From Calditrichia bacterium (GTDB taxonomy: Bacteria; Calditrichota; Calditrichia; Calditrichales; J004), in the NCBI GenBank assembly GCA_026991535.1, contig JALXBH010000189.1, positions 1-51,213 on the forward strand: DNA of 51,213 nucleotides, in the 5' to 3' direction. The notes under the pieces were generated by a model. It did not search any database. It had not been told where the DNA came from and saw only the letters and a program-made list of their open reading frames with translations. Below are positions 28,712 to 39,784 of the stretch, piece by piece. The translations under genes were made by a program, and so were the position numbers. Numbering within the stretch: position 1 is the stretch's first letter; each line of letters begins with the position of its first letter.

Positions 28712-29584
28712 CTATTCCAGATTTTGGGCCTGTTCCCGGATTTTTTCCAGCTCTTCTTTTATTTTTATAGCTTGTCCGGCGATCTCAAGATCGGTGGTTT
28801 TGGAATTTATTGTATTGGTTTCCCTCAGAACTTCCTGTAAGATAAAGGTCAGCCGCTTACCGGAAGCGGATGCGGCGTCCATGGCGCCGCGCAACTGTTT
28901 TAAATGACTCTGCAGACGGGTGCATTCCTCGCTGATATCCACCTTGTCCGAAATGAGCGCCAGTTCCTGTTCCAGACGCCCCTCATCCACCTGTGTGCCG
29001 TTTAGAAGATCGTGGATGCGCTTTTTAAGTTTTTCAAACTCTCCGGTAACATTCAACGGAGCTCTCTCTTCGATAACGGCCACCATGCCGCCGATTTTTT
29101 CTACCCGCTTCCTCATATCCTCAAGCAGGTGCGCGCCCTCTTTCCCGCGCATGGCGTCGCAGGCCTCTATTGCTTCCCGCACCGTGTTCAGTATGCCTTC
29201 CTTAAGTTCCGGGTGTTTCCCGAAATCGATTTTAATATCAAACAAATCCTGAAAGGATAAAAAATGTTCCAGGCGTACCTGCTCATCGATGCCGGCAACC
29301 TTTTTAATGGATTCCAGTTGTAAAACGATCTGCTTCAATCTTTGGTTGTCAAGAACGTTTCCGCCACTCTCCCCGGTCTGTTGAATATCTATAAACAGGT
29401 TTACCTTGCCCCGTTCCAGCTTTTGCTTTACCCGCGCGCGGATATCCGCTTCCAGCGAGGCCAGCGAGGTGTTGGAGCGGATATAGATATCCAAATACCT
29501 GCTGTTTACCGTCTTTACTTCCACATTTACTTCAAAGCCGTTTAGGGGACGCATGGCTTTTCCGTATCCGGTCATGCTTTTCAT
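28712..29584 (-). CDS. yicC: YicC/YloC family endoribonuclease
   Basis: MKSMTGYG, KTVNSRYLD, DISEE..RL.SH, GKRL.FILQE..RE.NT..SK, REQAQNLE; start set at MKSMTG. Confidence 0.95.
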   Translation of the reverse strand: MKSMTGYGKAMRPLNGFEVNVEVKTVNSRYLDIYIRSNTSLASLEADIRARVKQKLERGKVNLFIDIQQTGESGGNVLDNQRLKQIVLQLESIKKVAGIDEQVRLEHFLSFQDLFDIKIDFGKHPELKEGILNTVREAIEACDAMRGKEGAHLLEDMRKRVEKIGGMVAVIEERAPLNVTGEFEKLKKRIHDLLNGTQVDEGRLEQELALISDKVDISEECTRLQSHLKQLRGAMDAASASGKRLTFILQEVLRETNTINSKTTDLEIAGQAIKIKEELEKIREQAQNLE

Positions 29585-29770
29585 TAAGAATTTCCTTTGT
29601 GTTTTACTTTTTATAAAATGATGAAACAAATCACTTTTAAAAAGTATATATTCCCTATATTTTTAATTTATAAAAACAGGGCTGCTCCTTTATAAGTTTT
29701 CAAATTTAACATGCTTATGCTTTTGAATAAAGAAAAGTTTAAGAGGCGCCCGCTATAGCGAAAAAAAAAG

Positions 29771-31426
29771 ATGCATAAAAACTACTATATATTTAAACGC
29801 CAGGCGGAGGCTTTAAGGGCGCGGCTGGAAAACCGTGTTATCGATTTGTGCTATACCGCCCGCAAGGATGAACTGGTTGTTTGTCTGGGCGGTGAGGCGG
29901 GACAACTGCAAATTTCCATCCGGCGCGACCTGCCCTATCTTTTTTTTAAGCCTTTGCAAAATATCAGGGCGGTTCACTTTAAGCTGTTTGCGCAACTCAA
30001 CGGACAGCGGATTAAAGAGGTTGAGATTGTTCCCTGTAACAAGCATATTATTATCCACACAGAGACCTTCCGCCTGCATGTGTTGTTTTACGGGAAATTC
30101 CGGAACATCTATTTAACAGGCCCCGGTGACGAAATACTGGATACATTTAAGGCCAACAGGAGCGAAACGCTGTTGCGGTATGCCAATGAAACATGGCAGG
30201 AGTTTCCCGGCGAATGTTGCAAAAAGATGTCGCCGGGCATGGAAAAGGCCCCGGCTGCTGTTTTTTTACAAACGCTCTGTCCCGCGTATAACAAGCTGAT
30301 GCAGAGAGAGGTTTTGGAGCGATGCTCCCTGTCGGAACGGCAGATGTTGGACAACGCCTCCCGACGGGAGAAGCTTTTTAACGTGGTGGAAGCCTTTAAC
30401 CGGGAGTTAAATACGGGCCCGGTCTATCTTTATGAAAAGGAAGGATCCTTAAAAATCACCCTTTTTAAAAGTGTATGGCTGGAAAAGAACGGCTATGCCC
30501 CCAAAGTTTGGGAGGATGTTAACAAAGCCTGGCCGGCTTATGTGGGTAAAACGGATTATTTTAATAATTATCAGCTTTTGTATAAACAGATAAGCGCCGC
30601 CCTTGAAAAACGTGAGAGTCAGTTAAAAAAAGCGCTTTCAAAACTGGCCGGGGCGGAAGATATGGAAAAACGCAAGGAACTTGCCGACATGAAAGGCAAT
30701 ATCCTGCTCAGCTTTAAGCATAAGGTACCCAAAGGGGCCCGGCAGGTCAGTCTGAAAAACATCTACTCCGAGGAAGGCGAAGAGATAAGCATCAGGCTGA
30801 ATCCCCGTAAAACGGCCGCCGAAAATGCGCAAATTTACTTCAACAAATATAAAAATCTGGTTGAACGCAAGGAGGTTCTTGCCTTAAAAAAAGAAAATTA
30901 CAGACAGGAAATGTCCGAAATTAAAGCATTGCTGGAGAAAACGACTAAAACCTCAAAGATAGAACAGCTTAAACGCATACGCGAAGAGCTTATAGCCCGC
31001 CGGCTCATTCAGGAAAACAGCACCAGGGAGGTTGTGCCCGAGAAGACAAATTTAAAGTTTTCCTTTAAAAGAGTTATTTTGGATAAACGCTGGGATGTAT
31101 ATATCGGCAAGAATGATAAAAATAACGATCTGCTCACATTTCGTTTTGCCAACAAATGGGACGTATGGCTGCATGCCCAGGGCGTGCCCGGCTCACATGT
31201 TGTGATAAAAAAGCAAAGGAAAGAGGAAATTATTCCGAAAAGCATAATAGAGAAAGCGGCCCGCCTGGCGGCGGCCAACAGTAAAAGCAAACATTCCGGC
31301 ACCGTACCGGTTCTTTACACGGAAGCCCGCTATGTAAACCGCATTCGCAAGGCGCCTCCGGGAACGGTGGCCGTAAAGAACGAACAAGTGCTTTTTGTTG
31401 AACCCCTGAATATGAATCAGATATAA
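29771..31426 (+). CDS. rqcH: NFACT/RqcH (FbpA-like) ribosome quality-control protein
   Basis: ENAQIYFNKYK, IGKNDKNNDLLT, WLHAQGVPGSHVVI, AA.LAA..SK. Confidence 0.88.
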   Translation: MHKNYYIFKRQAEALRARLENRVIDLCYTARKDELVVCLGGEAGQLQISIRRDLPYLFFKPLQNIRAVHFKLFAQLNGQRIKEVEIVPCNKHIIIHTETFRLHVLFYGKFRNIYLTGPGDEILDTFKANRSETLLRYANETWQEFPGECCKKMSPGMEKAPAAVFLQTLCPAYNKLMQREVLERCSLSERQMLDNASRREKLFNVVEAFNRELNTGPVYLYEKEGSLKITLFKSVWLEKNGYAPKVWEDVNKAWPAYVGKTDYFNNYQLLYKQISAALEKRESQLKKALSKLAGAEDMEKRKELADMKGNILLSFKHKVPKGARQVSLKNIYSEEGEEISIRLNPRKTAAENAQIYFNKYKNLVERKEVLALKKENYRQEMSEIKALLEKTTKTSKIEQLKRIREELIARRLIQENSTREVVPEKTNLKFSFKRVILDKRWDVYIGKNDKNNDLLTFRFANKWDVWLHAQGVPGSHVVIKKQRKEEIIPKSIIEKAARLAAANSKSKHSGTVPVLYTEARYVNRIRKAPPGTVAVKNEQVLFVEPLNMNQI

Positions 31427-31427
31427 A

Positions 31428-32678
31428 ATGAGTTTTATCAGAAACCTTTTATGGGCCGCGTTTTTGCCCGTGTTTTTATTCTCGCAAAATTTGCCGGACA
31501 AAATATTCTCCTTTTGGGAGGCCGCCGTTAATGACTCCGCCGCCACCGACAGCGTTTTGACCGGAGCCATGGCCGGCATGAAGGAATACCTGCACCTGTT
31601 TCCCGCTTCCAAAAATGAAGACGACCTTTTGCTGGACCTTGCGGAGGTGTATGGACGTCTGGACAAACCGGTGGCCCAATGGAACGCATTGCTGAAACTG
31701 GTTATGCTGCACGGTAACAGCCCCACCGCCCCCCTGGCCCGCGCCATGCTGGATTCCATCAATAACTACACTATCAATGCCCGCCTGGATATAAGACATG
31801 TGGCCGCCTTAAACCAGGCCCTGCGTCAACCGCCGGAGGCGGATTACCGGCACGCCTTTATCAACTATCTTAATCTGCTGGTTACTCTGGATGTCCCCCG
31901 GATTAACGCGCTGGCCATAGAGCAATGCAATCTCTATTTGCGCATGTATATCAATGAACCCGCGGATGTGGCCCTTGTTTTGTTCTGGAAGGGATTGTTT
32001 GAAAAACGCGACGGCAGACGGACGGCGGCCCTGTTGAGCTTTAAGCTTCTGCAAAAACTTTTCCCTGAAGCGGATGTGGTGGCCAACAGTTATTACCAGA
32101 TGGCCCTGCTATCGCAAAAAACGCCGCGCCTGGCCCAAAACTACCTTGTGGAGCTTATTAACCAGTTCCCCGACCATCCCCTTAGCGCAAAGGCTCAATA
32201 TCTCTTTGCCGATATCTATTATCGCTCCGGCTCCACCAATGATGCCCTGGCGAATTTCAAACTCCTTCTGGAGGTCTTTCCCCAATCGGACTTATGCCCG
32301 GACGCCCTATTGAGGATAGCGGAAATTTATGAACGGGAGGGCCGTTATGATGACGCACGCCAGGCCTTAAAACAGGCGCTTTTGTACAATAGCGGCGAGG
32401 AAGAGATAAAAAAAATTTTAGAGCGCCTTATTGCATTGGAAAAGGATAAGGCAAAAAATCCGCAAGGCCTTGTAGAGGCGCGTATAGAATATGCCGGACG
32501 TTTTATTAATGATCCGCAATCGCCTGCCTATCTGCTGGCGGCGGCCAGGGAGAGTCTGAAATATTTAAAGGATCGGCGGAAAGCGCTTCAATTGCTAAAA
32601 AGACTGATAGACGCCTATCCGGCAGGCAGGGAAGCTGCCGAAGCCATGAAGCTGGAAAAAGAGCTGAAGGCTGAATGA
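31428..32678 (+). CDS. Exported tetratricopeptide-repeat protein (BamD/CpoB-like repeats)
   Basis: Signal-peptide-like N-terminus; repeated L...FP.S/H...A helical TPR motifs. Confidence 0.85.
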   Translation: MSFIRNLLWAAFLPVFLFSQNLPDKIFSFWEAAVNDSAATDSVLTGAMAGMKEYLHLFPASKNEDDLLLDLAEVYGRLDKPVAQWNALLKLVMLHGNSPTAPLARAMLDSINNYTINARLDIRHVAALNQALRQPPEADYRHAFINYLNLLVTLDVPRINALAIEQCNLYLRMYINEPADVALVLFWKGLFEKRDGRRTAALLSFKLLQKLFPEADVVANSYYQMALLSQKTPRLAQNYLVELINQFPDHPLSAKAQYLFADIYYRSGSTNDALANFKLLLEVFPQSDLCPDALLRIAEIYEREGRYDDARQALKQALLYNSGEEEIKKILERLIALEKDKAKNPQGLVEARIEYAGRFINDPQSPAYLLAAARESLKYLKDRRKALQLLKRLIDAYPAGREAAEAMKLEKELKAE

Positions 32679-32687
32679 GCTGCTTGT

Positions 32688-33125
32688 CTTTGCGTGGGGA
32701 TCGGAATCCGATGAATCGGATTCTTCGAGCACGGTTCCCGTCCATCGGCCCCGCGAATGAATTCGCGGGTTACCCCTATGTGGCTTTGGCCGATGTTCCT
32801 GCGCACACCAGGCCGCAAAGGATACTATTGACCCCCGATTTCAATCGGGGGTATAACGCCTTACGACAGACCTGATCCTGTCTCATTCCCCCAACCTTAG
32901 TAGAAAAAAGTAAACCAAAAAAAATAATAACCTCATTACCTTATTCATATCGCCACATCAAAAAATAAGCTAATAAGGTCGAAAATATTTTAAACACCCA
33001 TGGCTACTAAGGTTGGATCGTTATATAAGGTTTTCCTGGTCTCAATCCGAATCCGATGAATCGGATTCTTCGAGCACGGTTCCAGTCCATCCGCCCCGCG
33101 AATGAATTCGCGGGTTACCCCTATG
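32688..33125 (-). repeat. REP/BIME-like composite, locus A (P1-P2-[TIR element]-P3-P1-P2 read on the minus strand)
   Basis: Hairpins at 32704-32723 (P2), 32750-32772 (P1), 32831-32852 (P3), 33049-33068 (P2), 33095-33117 (P1). Confidence 0.9.
32891..33016. mobile_element. MITE-like element, 126 bp, with perfect 13-bp terminal inverted repeats CCAACCTTAGTAG
   Basis: CCAACCTTAGTAG at 32891-32903 and CTACTAAGGTTGG at 33004-33016; AT-rich non-coding interior; second copy at 50810-50932. No target-site duplication seen. Confidence 0.6.
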
Positions 33126-33165
33126 AATCTTTGTGTGAGGATCAGCTTGAACGATGGCAGACGGT

Positions 33166-34170
33166 TTAAAACAACGGATCGATGGCCAGATTAAAGTTAA
33201 TTCTGTGTATATTGCCCAGCTCATTGGCATAGGCGGTAAAGGCGTAATCGAAGGATATGTGTGGCAGTTTAAGCCCAATGCCCGCGTTTAACCGTTGCAG
33301 GGCGTCCATTCCGGTGCGGATACTGATCACATCATTATAATTGATTTCCAGCCCCGCCATAAAATCGGCGCTGAAAGGACCCATGCTGGCCTGCGCGGCA
33401 AAATTCCTGCCTTCGCCCATAAATTGCGCGCCCACGGTCGGACTGACGGTAAGCGACAGGCTTTCCATAACCAGGGGCCAGGCCGCCCCCAGGCCGATAG
33501 TGGGACTCACCCACTGCTTTTCTCCGCTGTTCCAGGCAATCAGGGTTCCCGTTATATCCCGGGCCACCGCGCTCAGACGCAGCCCCCGCACACGGTATAA
33601 CAGGCCTATATCCAGCCCCATGCCCGCGGCCGTGGTAAAGTCGAAGTCCCGGTAGAGCATTTTTAATGTAGCCCCCCATGAAAGCTGCTTATTCCAGCGC
33701 CGGCTGTAAGAGGCGCTAAGGATATAGTCCCCGGTATTGAAGCTGCGTATCTTAGACTCATCCAATCCCACAAGCTCCAGCGTGGTTTGATCAAAAACGC
33801 CGGCGGAGGCGGTATTTTGAATATTGTTTACGGTAAGGAAATACAAGCTCAGCCCGATAACGGCTCCGTCATCATAGGGATGTGAAACAGCCAGGTAGTT
33901 GGTTTGAATGCTGCTGATAAACTGTTTGCTGTTCATAAACTGAAGCTGAAAGCCGTTCACCTCGCTTAAGGCGGCAGGGTTCCAGTAGGAAGCGCTGGCG
34001 TCATTAACTAAAGCGCCATAGGCGCCGCCTAAAGACGTTCCCCGCGCCCCGGCCCCCAGATACATAAATTCACCGGCATATTTTTTAAAGCCGCCCCCGG
34101 CCAGGGCCTGCCCGGAAAGCCCCGGGATTAGCAGCATGACGAGCAGTAAAAATATATTTCTGTTTTTCAT
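33166..34170 (-). CDS. PorV/PorQ-family (FadL-like) outer-membrane barrel protein
   Basis: Signal peptide; GAGARGTSLGGA..A..NDASASYWNPAAL; C-terminal DYAF....LGNIHRINF. Confidence 0.85.
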   Translation of the reverse strand: MKNRNIFLLLVMLLIPGLSGQALAGGGFKKYAGEFMYLGAGARGTSLGGAYGALVNDASASYWNPAALSEVNGFQLQFMNSKQFISSIQTNYLAVSHPYDDGAVIGLSLYFLTVNNIQNTASAGVFDQTTLELVGLDESKIRSFNTGDYILSASYSRRWNKQLSWGATLKMLYRDFDFTTAAGMGLDIGLLYRVRGLRLSAVARDITGTLIAWNSGEKQWVSPTIGLGAAWPLVMESLSLTVSPTVGAQFMGEGRNFAAQASMGPFSADFMAGLEINYNDVISIRTGMDALQRLNAGIGLKLPHISFDYAFTAYANELGNIHRINFNLAIDPLF

Positions 34171-34748
34171 ATTAAATGTTCACCCACGGTAAGCAGCACA
34201 CCCGTTGCCACCGGTAATATGAGATTATCGTTAAAACGGCCGGGAATCAGTTCCACAATGGCCAAAACGACAGCAACGGGCAGGGCCAGCTCCGGCGGCG
34301 TTGCCCCCAAAAGCATTATGCCCGCGCTCACCAGCACAAAAGCCGTGCTGCCTTCTAAAGTTTTATTGCCTAAACGGCGACGCCCCCAATGGGTTCCCAC
34401 AAGCGCCGCCGCCGAATCCGCCACAATGACCACCCACATGCTGATAATGGCAATGGAAGCGGGAAAAGCGATCACGCTCAGGCTCAGGCCGGCCATTAAA
34501 AAAGTGGCTCCATTGATAATCGTCGTCTCCTCTTCTTCTCTTAACATGAATCCGAGGGTTTTTATATACAGCTTTCTAAAATAGGCGGTATATGTTCTTA
34601 AAACTTCACCTGTAAATAAAAGAACAAGCATAACCGAACAAAGAAAAATCATTTCCGAACGGTTGAGAATGTATTGATACAGCAACGGGAATAGCGCCAT
34701 CGCCAGGTGGATGATTTTGCGTATCCACTCGCCCCGGGTATTACTCAT
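34167..34748 (-). CDS. Polyprenol/dolichol-kinase-like membrane protein (CTP_transf family)
   Basis: RKIIHL, LREEE, ADSAAALVG..WG, KTLEGS, NDNLILP. Confidence 0.85.
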   Translation of the reverse strand: MSNTRGEWIRKIIHLAMALFPLLYQYILNRSEMIFLCSVMLVLLFTGEVLRTYTAYFRKLYIKTLGFMLREEEETTIINGATFLMAGLSLSVIAFPASIAIISMWVVIVADSAAALVGTHWGRRRLGNKTLEGSTAFVLVSAGIMLLGATPPELALPVAVVLAIVELIPGRFNDNLILPVATGVLLTVGEHLI

Positions 34749-34822
34749 CCGTCATGTCCATTTTACAAAAACTAAACCCCATCTTCCGTATCAAAAAATC
34801 CCCCTACCGTTAAATACACCCC

Positions 34823-35584
34823 TTAGCGGTTGTTTTCCGCTGTTCCGCGGGGCATGCGGCTGACCCGAAGCACAATCTTATCCACATCCCTCAGCAATGC
34901 GCCCTGATCCGGTTTTTGCATAAGTACCGTATTGGAAAGATAATTTTCATTCTCTTCATATTCCACCTCTACCGGACCGGCGTTAAGCTGTTGCAACTGC
35001 TGTCGGGCGGCGCTCAGGCTTTTACCTACAAGATTGGGCATGGTGCGGGTTGAGGGTTTTTCCCCAAGGCTTACGGTTATGGTCACGGCGCTGTTTTTTG
35101 CGATCTCCTGGCCCTGAGGGAAGGACTGGCCGATGATGGCCCCCTCCGGATAAAGATCGGAATACTCATAGCGTACGTTTTTCAGCTTAAGCTGCATGGA
35201 GCCGAGAATGATTTCAGCCTCCCGGGCCGATTTTCCATAAAGATTGGGCATGATAAGCGCCTTTTCCCCACTGCTGATGGTCAGATAGACATTGCGCCCC
35301 ACCTTTACCGTGGAATAGGCGACCGGCCGCTGCTCTATAACCGTGCCCCGGGGATAGTGTGCGTCATAAACAGAATCGGCGATAATGACATTAAAGCCCC
35401 GCGAGCGCAACATATTCTCCGCCTCGGTTTCGGTACGCTCCACAACATCGGGCATTTTTATCTCATGGCCCAAATCCACGTACCAGGGCATGAGCAGACG
35501 GTCAAAGATAACGGCCAGTAAAAAAAGGAGTGCCACGTACACAAATCGACGCAGCCATTTATTTTCAAACATTCCCTGCTCCAT
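34823..35584 (-). CDS. Membrane-anchored PASTA-domain protein (three PASTA repeats, no kinase domain)
   Basis: TM helix then MPDVV, MPNLYG and MPNLVG repeats; start uncertain (35572-35590). Confidence 0.88.
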   Translation of the reverse strand: MEQGMFENKWLRRFVYVALLFLLAVIFDRLLMPWYVDLGHEIKMPDVVERTETEAENMLRSRGFNVIIADSVYDAHYPRGTVIEQRPVAYSTVKVGRNVYLTISSGEKALIMPNLYGKSAREAEIILGSMQLKLKNVRYEYSDLYPEGAIIGQSFPQGQEIAKNSAVTITVSLGEKPSTRTMPNLVGKSLSAARQQLQQLNAGPVEVEYEENENYLSNTVLMQKPDQGALLRDVDKIVLRVSRMPRGTAENNR

Positions 35585-36035
35585 TAGCATTTTTCGGTTT
35601 ACTCTCTACAATCAGCGTAACAGGCCCTTCATTTATCAGTTCCACATCCATCATGGCCCCAAAAACGCCGCAGGCCACTTTAACATCATAGGATTTTATC
35701 CGTTCCACAAAGGCCTGATAAAAGGCGCGGGCCTTGTCCGGGGCGGCCGCGTTTATATAACTGGGCCGACGCCCTTTTCGCGTATCCCCCAGCAAAGTGA
35801 ATTGCGAAACAGCCAGAACCTCACCCTTCACATCAAGCAGGGAAAGATTCATTTTACCCGATGCGTCGCTAAAAATACGCAAGTTCAGGCATTTTTCCGC
35901 CATATAGATCAAATCGTCCTCGGTGTCATCGCGGTCTATGCCTATAAGCATCATCAGGCCGCGCCCAATGGCGCCGGTTACAGAGCCTTCCACGGTCACG
36001 GAGGCGCGTTTTACGCGTTGCAAAACAACTCTCAT
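35565..36035 (-). CDS. dtd: D-aminoacyl-tRNA deacylase
   Basis: [29 protein letters not shown]. Confidence 0.97.
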   Translation of the reverse strand: MRVVLQRVKRASVTVEGSVTGAIGRGLMMLIGIDRDDTEDDLIYMAEKCLNLRIFSDASGKMNLSLLDVKGEVLAVSQFTLLGDTRKGRRPSYINAAAPDKARAFYQAFVERIKSYDVKVACGVFGAMMDVELINEGPVTLIVESKPKNANGAGNV

Positions 36036-39000
36036 CCGCGTTCAATCATTTTTATGGCAATGTTTTCGCAGGATACCAGTTCGCAAAGCTGCCCAAGGGC
36101 AGGCAGGGTCAGCTTAATGCCGGCGCGCACCGAACGCATGGCAAAATCGCCCTGGCCGTTAAAGCGGAAATTCCAGAACACCTTTTGCCTGCCGGGGATG
36201 GACTCCAGCGTCATTTTCAGTTTCATAAGCATATCTTCGCTCATGCGGGACTGGTCTATGGTCAGGCGCAGGCTTTCGGTAAACTGTTCCGGTATTTGTC
36301 CCGGCGAATAGACGGATTCCACGCGTATGCGGATAACGCCGTCGGTAATATCGCCATTTAAAAAAGCCTTGACGAATACGATGGCCCCGTTTTTCAGATG
36401 TGGCTCGCATTGGGCGAATACCGAGCCGAAGATAACCCCGCTGAAATCGGCGTCATAACTTTTCAGGCCGATAAAGGCCATTTTGTTATTCTTCTTGTCG
36501 TATTGTGTGCGGTATTCGGAAATCTGCCCGCAAATATAAAGGGGCTTTTTCTCCGCGCCGTTCAAGGGTTTGTTTTCTTCCTTCTTGCGGATTAAGGCGC
36601 CGACGTCGGTGCCGTATAGTTCCACAATGGGCTTGTAGGGGTCCAGCGGATGACCGGAAACATAAAAGCCGATCATTTCCAGCTCTTTTTTTAATCTCTC
36701 TCCCATGTCCCAATCGGGAACATCCGGCAGGGGCGGCTCGCTTATTTCCAGGATATCCTCTTCACCGTCGCCGCCAAAGAGACTTATTTGATCCTTGTTC
36801 TGCAAAATACGGGCCTGAACGCTCTGACCGAATTCAATGGCGTTTTCCACGGCGTTGTATTTTTGGGCCCTGCTGCCCTTAAGGCTGTCCAGCGCGCCGG
36901 CCTGGGCCAGGGCTTCCAGTACCTTCTTGTTCACCTGACGTAAATCCACCCGCTTGGTCAGGTCAAACAAACTACTGTAGGGACCGTTGGCTTCCCGCTC
37001 GCGGACAATGTTATTGATGGCATTCTCTCCCACGTTTTTTATGGCGGCCATGCCAAAGGCGATATTTTTGTCATCCAGGGGGCGGAAATGAGCATGCGAA
37101 TAGTTGATGTCGGGCGGCTTAACGGTCAGGCCGATCCTTTTACATTCGGAAATCAAAAACTTTACCCGGTCCATCTTATTGATTTCGCTGGTAAGGTTAG
37201 CGCTCATAAATTCCGCCGGATAGTGGGCCTTTAAATAAGCCGTCTGGTAGGAGATGATGGCATAGGCGGCGCTGTGCGACTTGTTAAAACCATAGCGGGC
37301 AAACTTCTCGATAAGGTCAAAAATTTCCGTGGCGACCTTTTTGTCGATATTATTGCCCTCGCATCCCTTGACAAATTTGTCTTTTTGCTCGCGCATAACA
37401 TCGGCTTTTTTCTTACCCATGGCCCGGCGCATCATATCAGCTTCAGCCAGGGTAAAGCCGCCCAGGTCGGATACGATCCGCATCACCTGCTCCTGGTAGA
37501 CCATAATACCGTAGGTCTCCTTCAGGATAGGTTCCAGCAACGGGTGCAGATATTTTATCTCCTTACGGCCATATTTGCGATCGATAAAGTCGTCGATGAG
37601 GTCCATGGGGCCGGGACGGTATAGGGCGTTCATGGCGATCAGGTCTTCAATACGGCTGGGTTTTAGCTTTTTGATGTATTCCTGCATGCCCGTGCTTTCA
37701 AACTGAAAAATGCCGACGGTCAGGGCTTCGCCATAAAGTCTGAATGTCTCGGCATCATCCATGGGAATGTCACGAACACTAAAATCGATTTTATGACGCT
37801 CGCGGATCATCTTTTCCGTCTTGTGGATCACCGTCAGGTTGCGCAGCCCCAAAAAGTCCATTTTCAACAGGCCCATTTCCTCGCAATAACTCATGGTCCA
37901 TTGGGTTACGATGTCTCCGTGGGAAGATTTACACAGGGGGGCGTAATCGGTAATATCCGAAGGGGCTATGATCACGCCGGCGGCATGGGTGCTGTTATGG
38001 CGGGCGATCCCTTCCAGGGTTTGGCTGTACTCCACCAGTTCACGCATGACGGGGTCGTCGCTTTGGGCGATTTCCTTCAGTTCGGGTACCTCTGCAAAGG
38101 CCCGCTTAAGGCTGATGGGACTGGCGCCTTCCACGGGGATAAGCTTGGCGATCACATCCGCCTGTTGCAGGGGCACTTTTAAAACCCGGGAAACATCGCG
38201 CACCACGCTTTTAGAGCCCATGGTTCCAAAGGTAATGATCTGCGCCACATTGCGCCTGCCATACTTTTCGCGTACATATTCCAGCACGTCGTCACGGCGC
38301 TCCACGCAAAAATCCACATCGATATCGGGCATGCTGATCCGTTCGGGATTGAGAAATCTTTCAAAAAGAAGATCGTAGCGCAAGGGGTCCACATCGGTGA
38401 TGCCCAGGTTGTAGGCCACCAGGCTGCCCGCCGCCGAGCCCCGCCCCAGTCCCACGGGAATATCCATTTTCCGGGCGGCATTGATAAAGTCCTGCACAAT
38501 CAAGAAATAACCGGCAAAACCCATTTTTTCAATCACGTCCAGCTCAAAGTTCATGCGTTCCACAACTTCCTTGCCCATATCCGGGTAATGCCGCCGGGCG
38601 CCCTCTTCGGTCAGTTTTCGCAGATATTCATTTTCGCTTTTAACCCCCTCGGATTCGGGTATGGGAAATTTTGGCAGAAGGCGCTGATCAAAATCGAGCT
38701 CCAGATCGATCTTCTCAAAAATCTCCATGCTGTTTTCCAGCACATGGCTTTTGTCCTTAAAGATCGAAAACATCTCATCCGGTGATTTCATGTAAAGATG
38801 TTCCGTACCGTACTTCATGCGGTTGGGATCGTCGCGATCCTTGCCTGTTTGCAGGCAAATCAGCACATCGTGCGCCCTGTGATCGCCGTGGTTGAGATAG
38901 TGGGTATCGTTGGTGGCTACTACCTTTACGCCCATTTCCCGGGCCAGGTCATACACCTTGGGGTATACCGCCTGTTCATCGGGAATGCCGTGATCCTGTA

Positions 39001-39520
39001 TCTCAAAATAGAAATCATCACCAAACAGCTCGATATATTTTTCGGCATGGGCGATAGCCTCGCTTTTGCGGTCCGTCCGCAGCTTATGGGCGATTTGTCC
39101 GCTCATGCAGGCCGAAGTGACAATCAACCCCTCCGAATACTTTTTGAGTACTTCAAAATCTATGCGTGGCTTATAATACATTCCTTCCAGAAAAGCCGTG
39201 GAGGATAGCTTTATCAAATTACGGAAACCGGTGGCGTTTTTAGCCAGAATAACCAAATGATACGAGTCCTTCTCCCCTTCTATCTTTTGGCGCAGACCTC
39301 TTTCCGCGGGGGCCATGTAGGCTTCCATGCCAATGATGGGTTTTACGTTGTGCTTTTTACAGGTTTTATAAAATTCAACCGAGCCGAAAAGATTGCCGTG
39401 ATCGGTAATGGCCAGGCCGGGCATCTTTAATTCCGCGGCCCGCAGTACCATATCCTCTATCTTGGCCGCCCCGTCCAGCAGGGAGTAGTGAGTGTGACTG
39501 TGCAGATGTACAAATGACAA
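36032..39520 (-). CDS. dnaE: DNA polymerase III alpha subunit (no intein)
   Basis: [18 protein letters not shown] domain, [32 protein letters not shown]. Confidence 0.99.
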   Translation of the reverse strand: MSFVHLHSHTHYSLLDGAAKIEDMVLRAAELKMPGLAITDHGNLFGSVEFYKTCKKHNVKPIIGMEAYMAPAERGLRQKIEGEKDSYHLVILAKNATGFRNLIKLSSTAFLEGMYYKPRIDFEVLKKYSEGLIVTSACMSGQIAHKLRTDRKSEAIAHAEKYIELFGDDFYFEIQDHGIPDEQAVYPKVYDLAREMGVKVVATNDTHYLNHGDHRAHDVLICLQTGKDRDDPNRMKYGTEHLYMKSPDEMFSIFKDKSHVLENSMEIFEKIDLELDFDQRLLPKFPIPESEGVKSENEYLRKLTEEGARRHYPDMGKEVVERMNFELDVIEKMGFAGYFLIVQDFINAARKMDIPVGLGRGSAAGSLVAYNLGITDVDPLRYDLLFERFLNPERISMPDIDVDFCVERRDDVLEYVREKYGRRNVAQIITFGTMGSKSVVRDVSRVLKVPLQQADVIAKLIPVEGASPISLKRAFAEVPELKEIAQSDDPVMRELVEYSQTLEGIARHNSTHAAGVIIAPSDITDYAPLCKSSHGDIVTQWTMSYCEEMGLLKMDFLGLRNLTVIHKTEKMIRERHKIDFSVRDIPMDDAETFRLYGEALTVGIFQFESTGMQEYIKKLKPSRIEDLIAMNALYRPGPMDLIDDFIDRKYGRKEIKYLHPLLEPILKETYGIMVYQEQVMRIVSDLGGFTLAEADMMRRAMGKKKADVMREQKDKFVKGCEGNNIDKKVATEIFDLIEKFARYGFNKSHSAAYAIISYQTAYLKAHYPAEFMSANLTSEINKMDRVKFLISECKRIGLTVKPPDINYSHAHFRPLDDKNIAFGMAAIKNVGENAINNIVREREANGPYSSLFDLTKRVDLRQVNKKVLEALAQAGALDSLKGSRAQKYNAVENAIEFGQSVQARILQNKDQISLFGGDGEEDILEISEPPLPDVPDWDMGERLKKELEMIGFYVSGHPLDPYKPIVELYGTDVGALIRKKEENKPLNGAEKKPLYICGQISEYRTQYDKKNNKMAFIGLKSYDADFSGVIFGSVFAQCEPHLKNGAIVFVKAFLNGDITDGVIRIRVESVYSPGQIPEQFTESLRLTIDQSRMSEDMLMKLKMTLESIPGRQKVFWNFRFNGQGDFAMRSVRAGIKLTLPALGQLCELVSCENIAIKMIERG

Positions 39521-39784
39521 TGTAACGCCTTGATTTTTTATGTGAAATACGGGTTGTTACCTGATAAAAATCCGGCTTCAAATATAGAATAGCCGGATAT
39601 GAATAGCAAAAGCCAAATTAATAAAAAAGGCGTCTTGTAGCATAATTTTGTTATTGCTAAATTGAGCAGGTACATAGATAAAACATTTTATGAATACCCC
39701 TTAAGGATGGATGCCGCGCTGTCCTTCCGCTTTTGAAAGGAACCGCGGCTGCCAAAGGGGAAAATATTAAAAAAAGGAGTATGC

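Noticed and set aside
32506-33278. Short ORFs over repeat locus A (32675-32875, 32615-32818, 32506-32745, 33042-33278)
   Set aside because: They are translations of the palindromic repeat or overlap real genes; similar peptides recur at locus B only because the DNA repeats.
35385-36311. 308-aa plus-strand ORF spanning PASTA, dtd and dnaE
   Set aside because: Antisense to three well-supported genes; no protein-like motifs.
24807-39520. Inteins in DnaB or DnaE
   Set aside because: Both proteins have ordinary lengths (464 and 1162 aa) with contiguous motifs.
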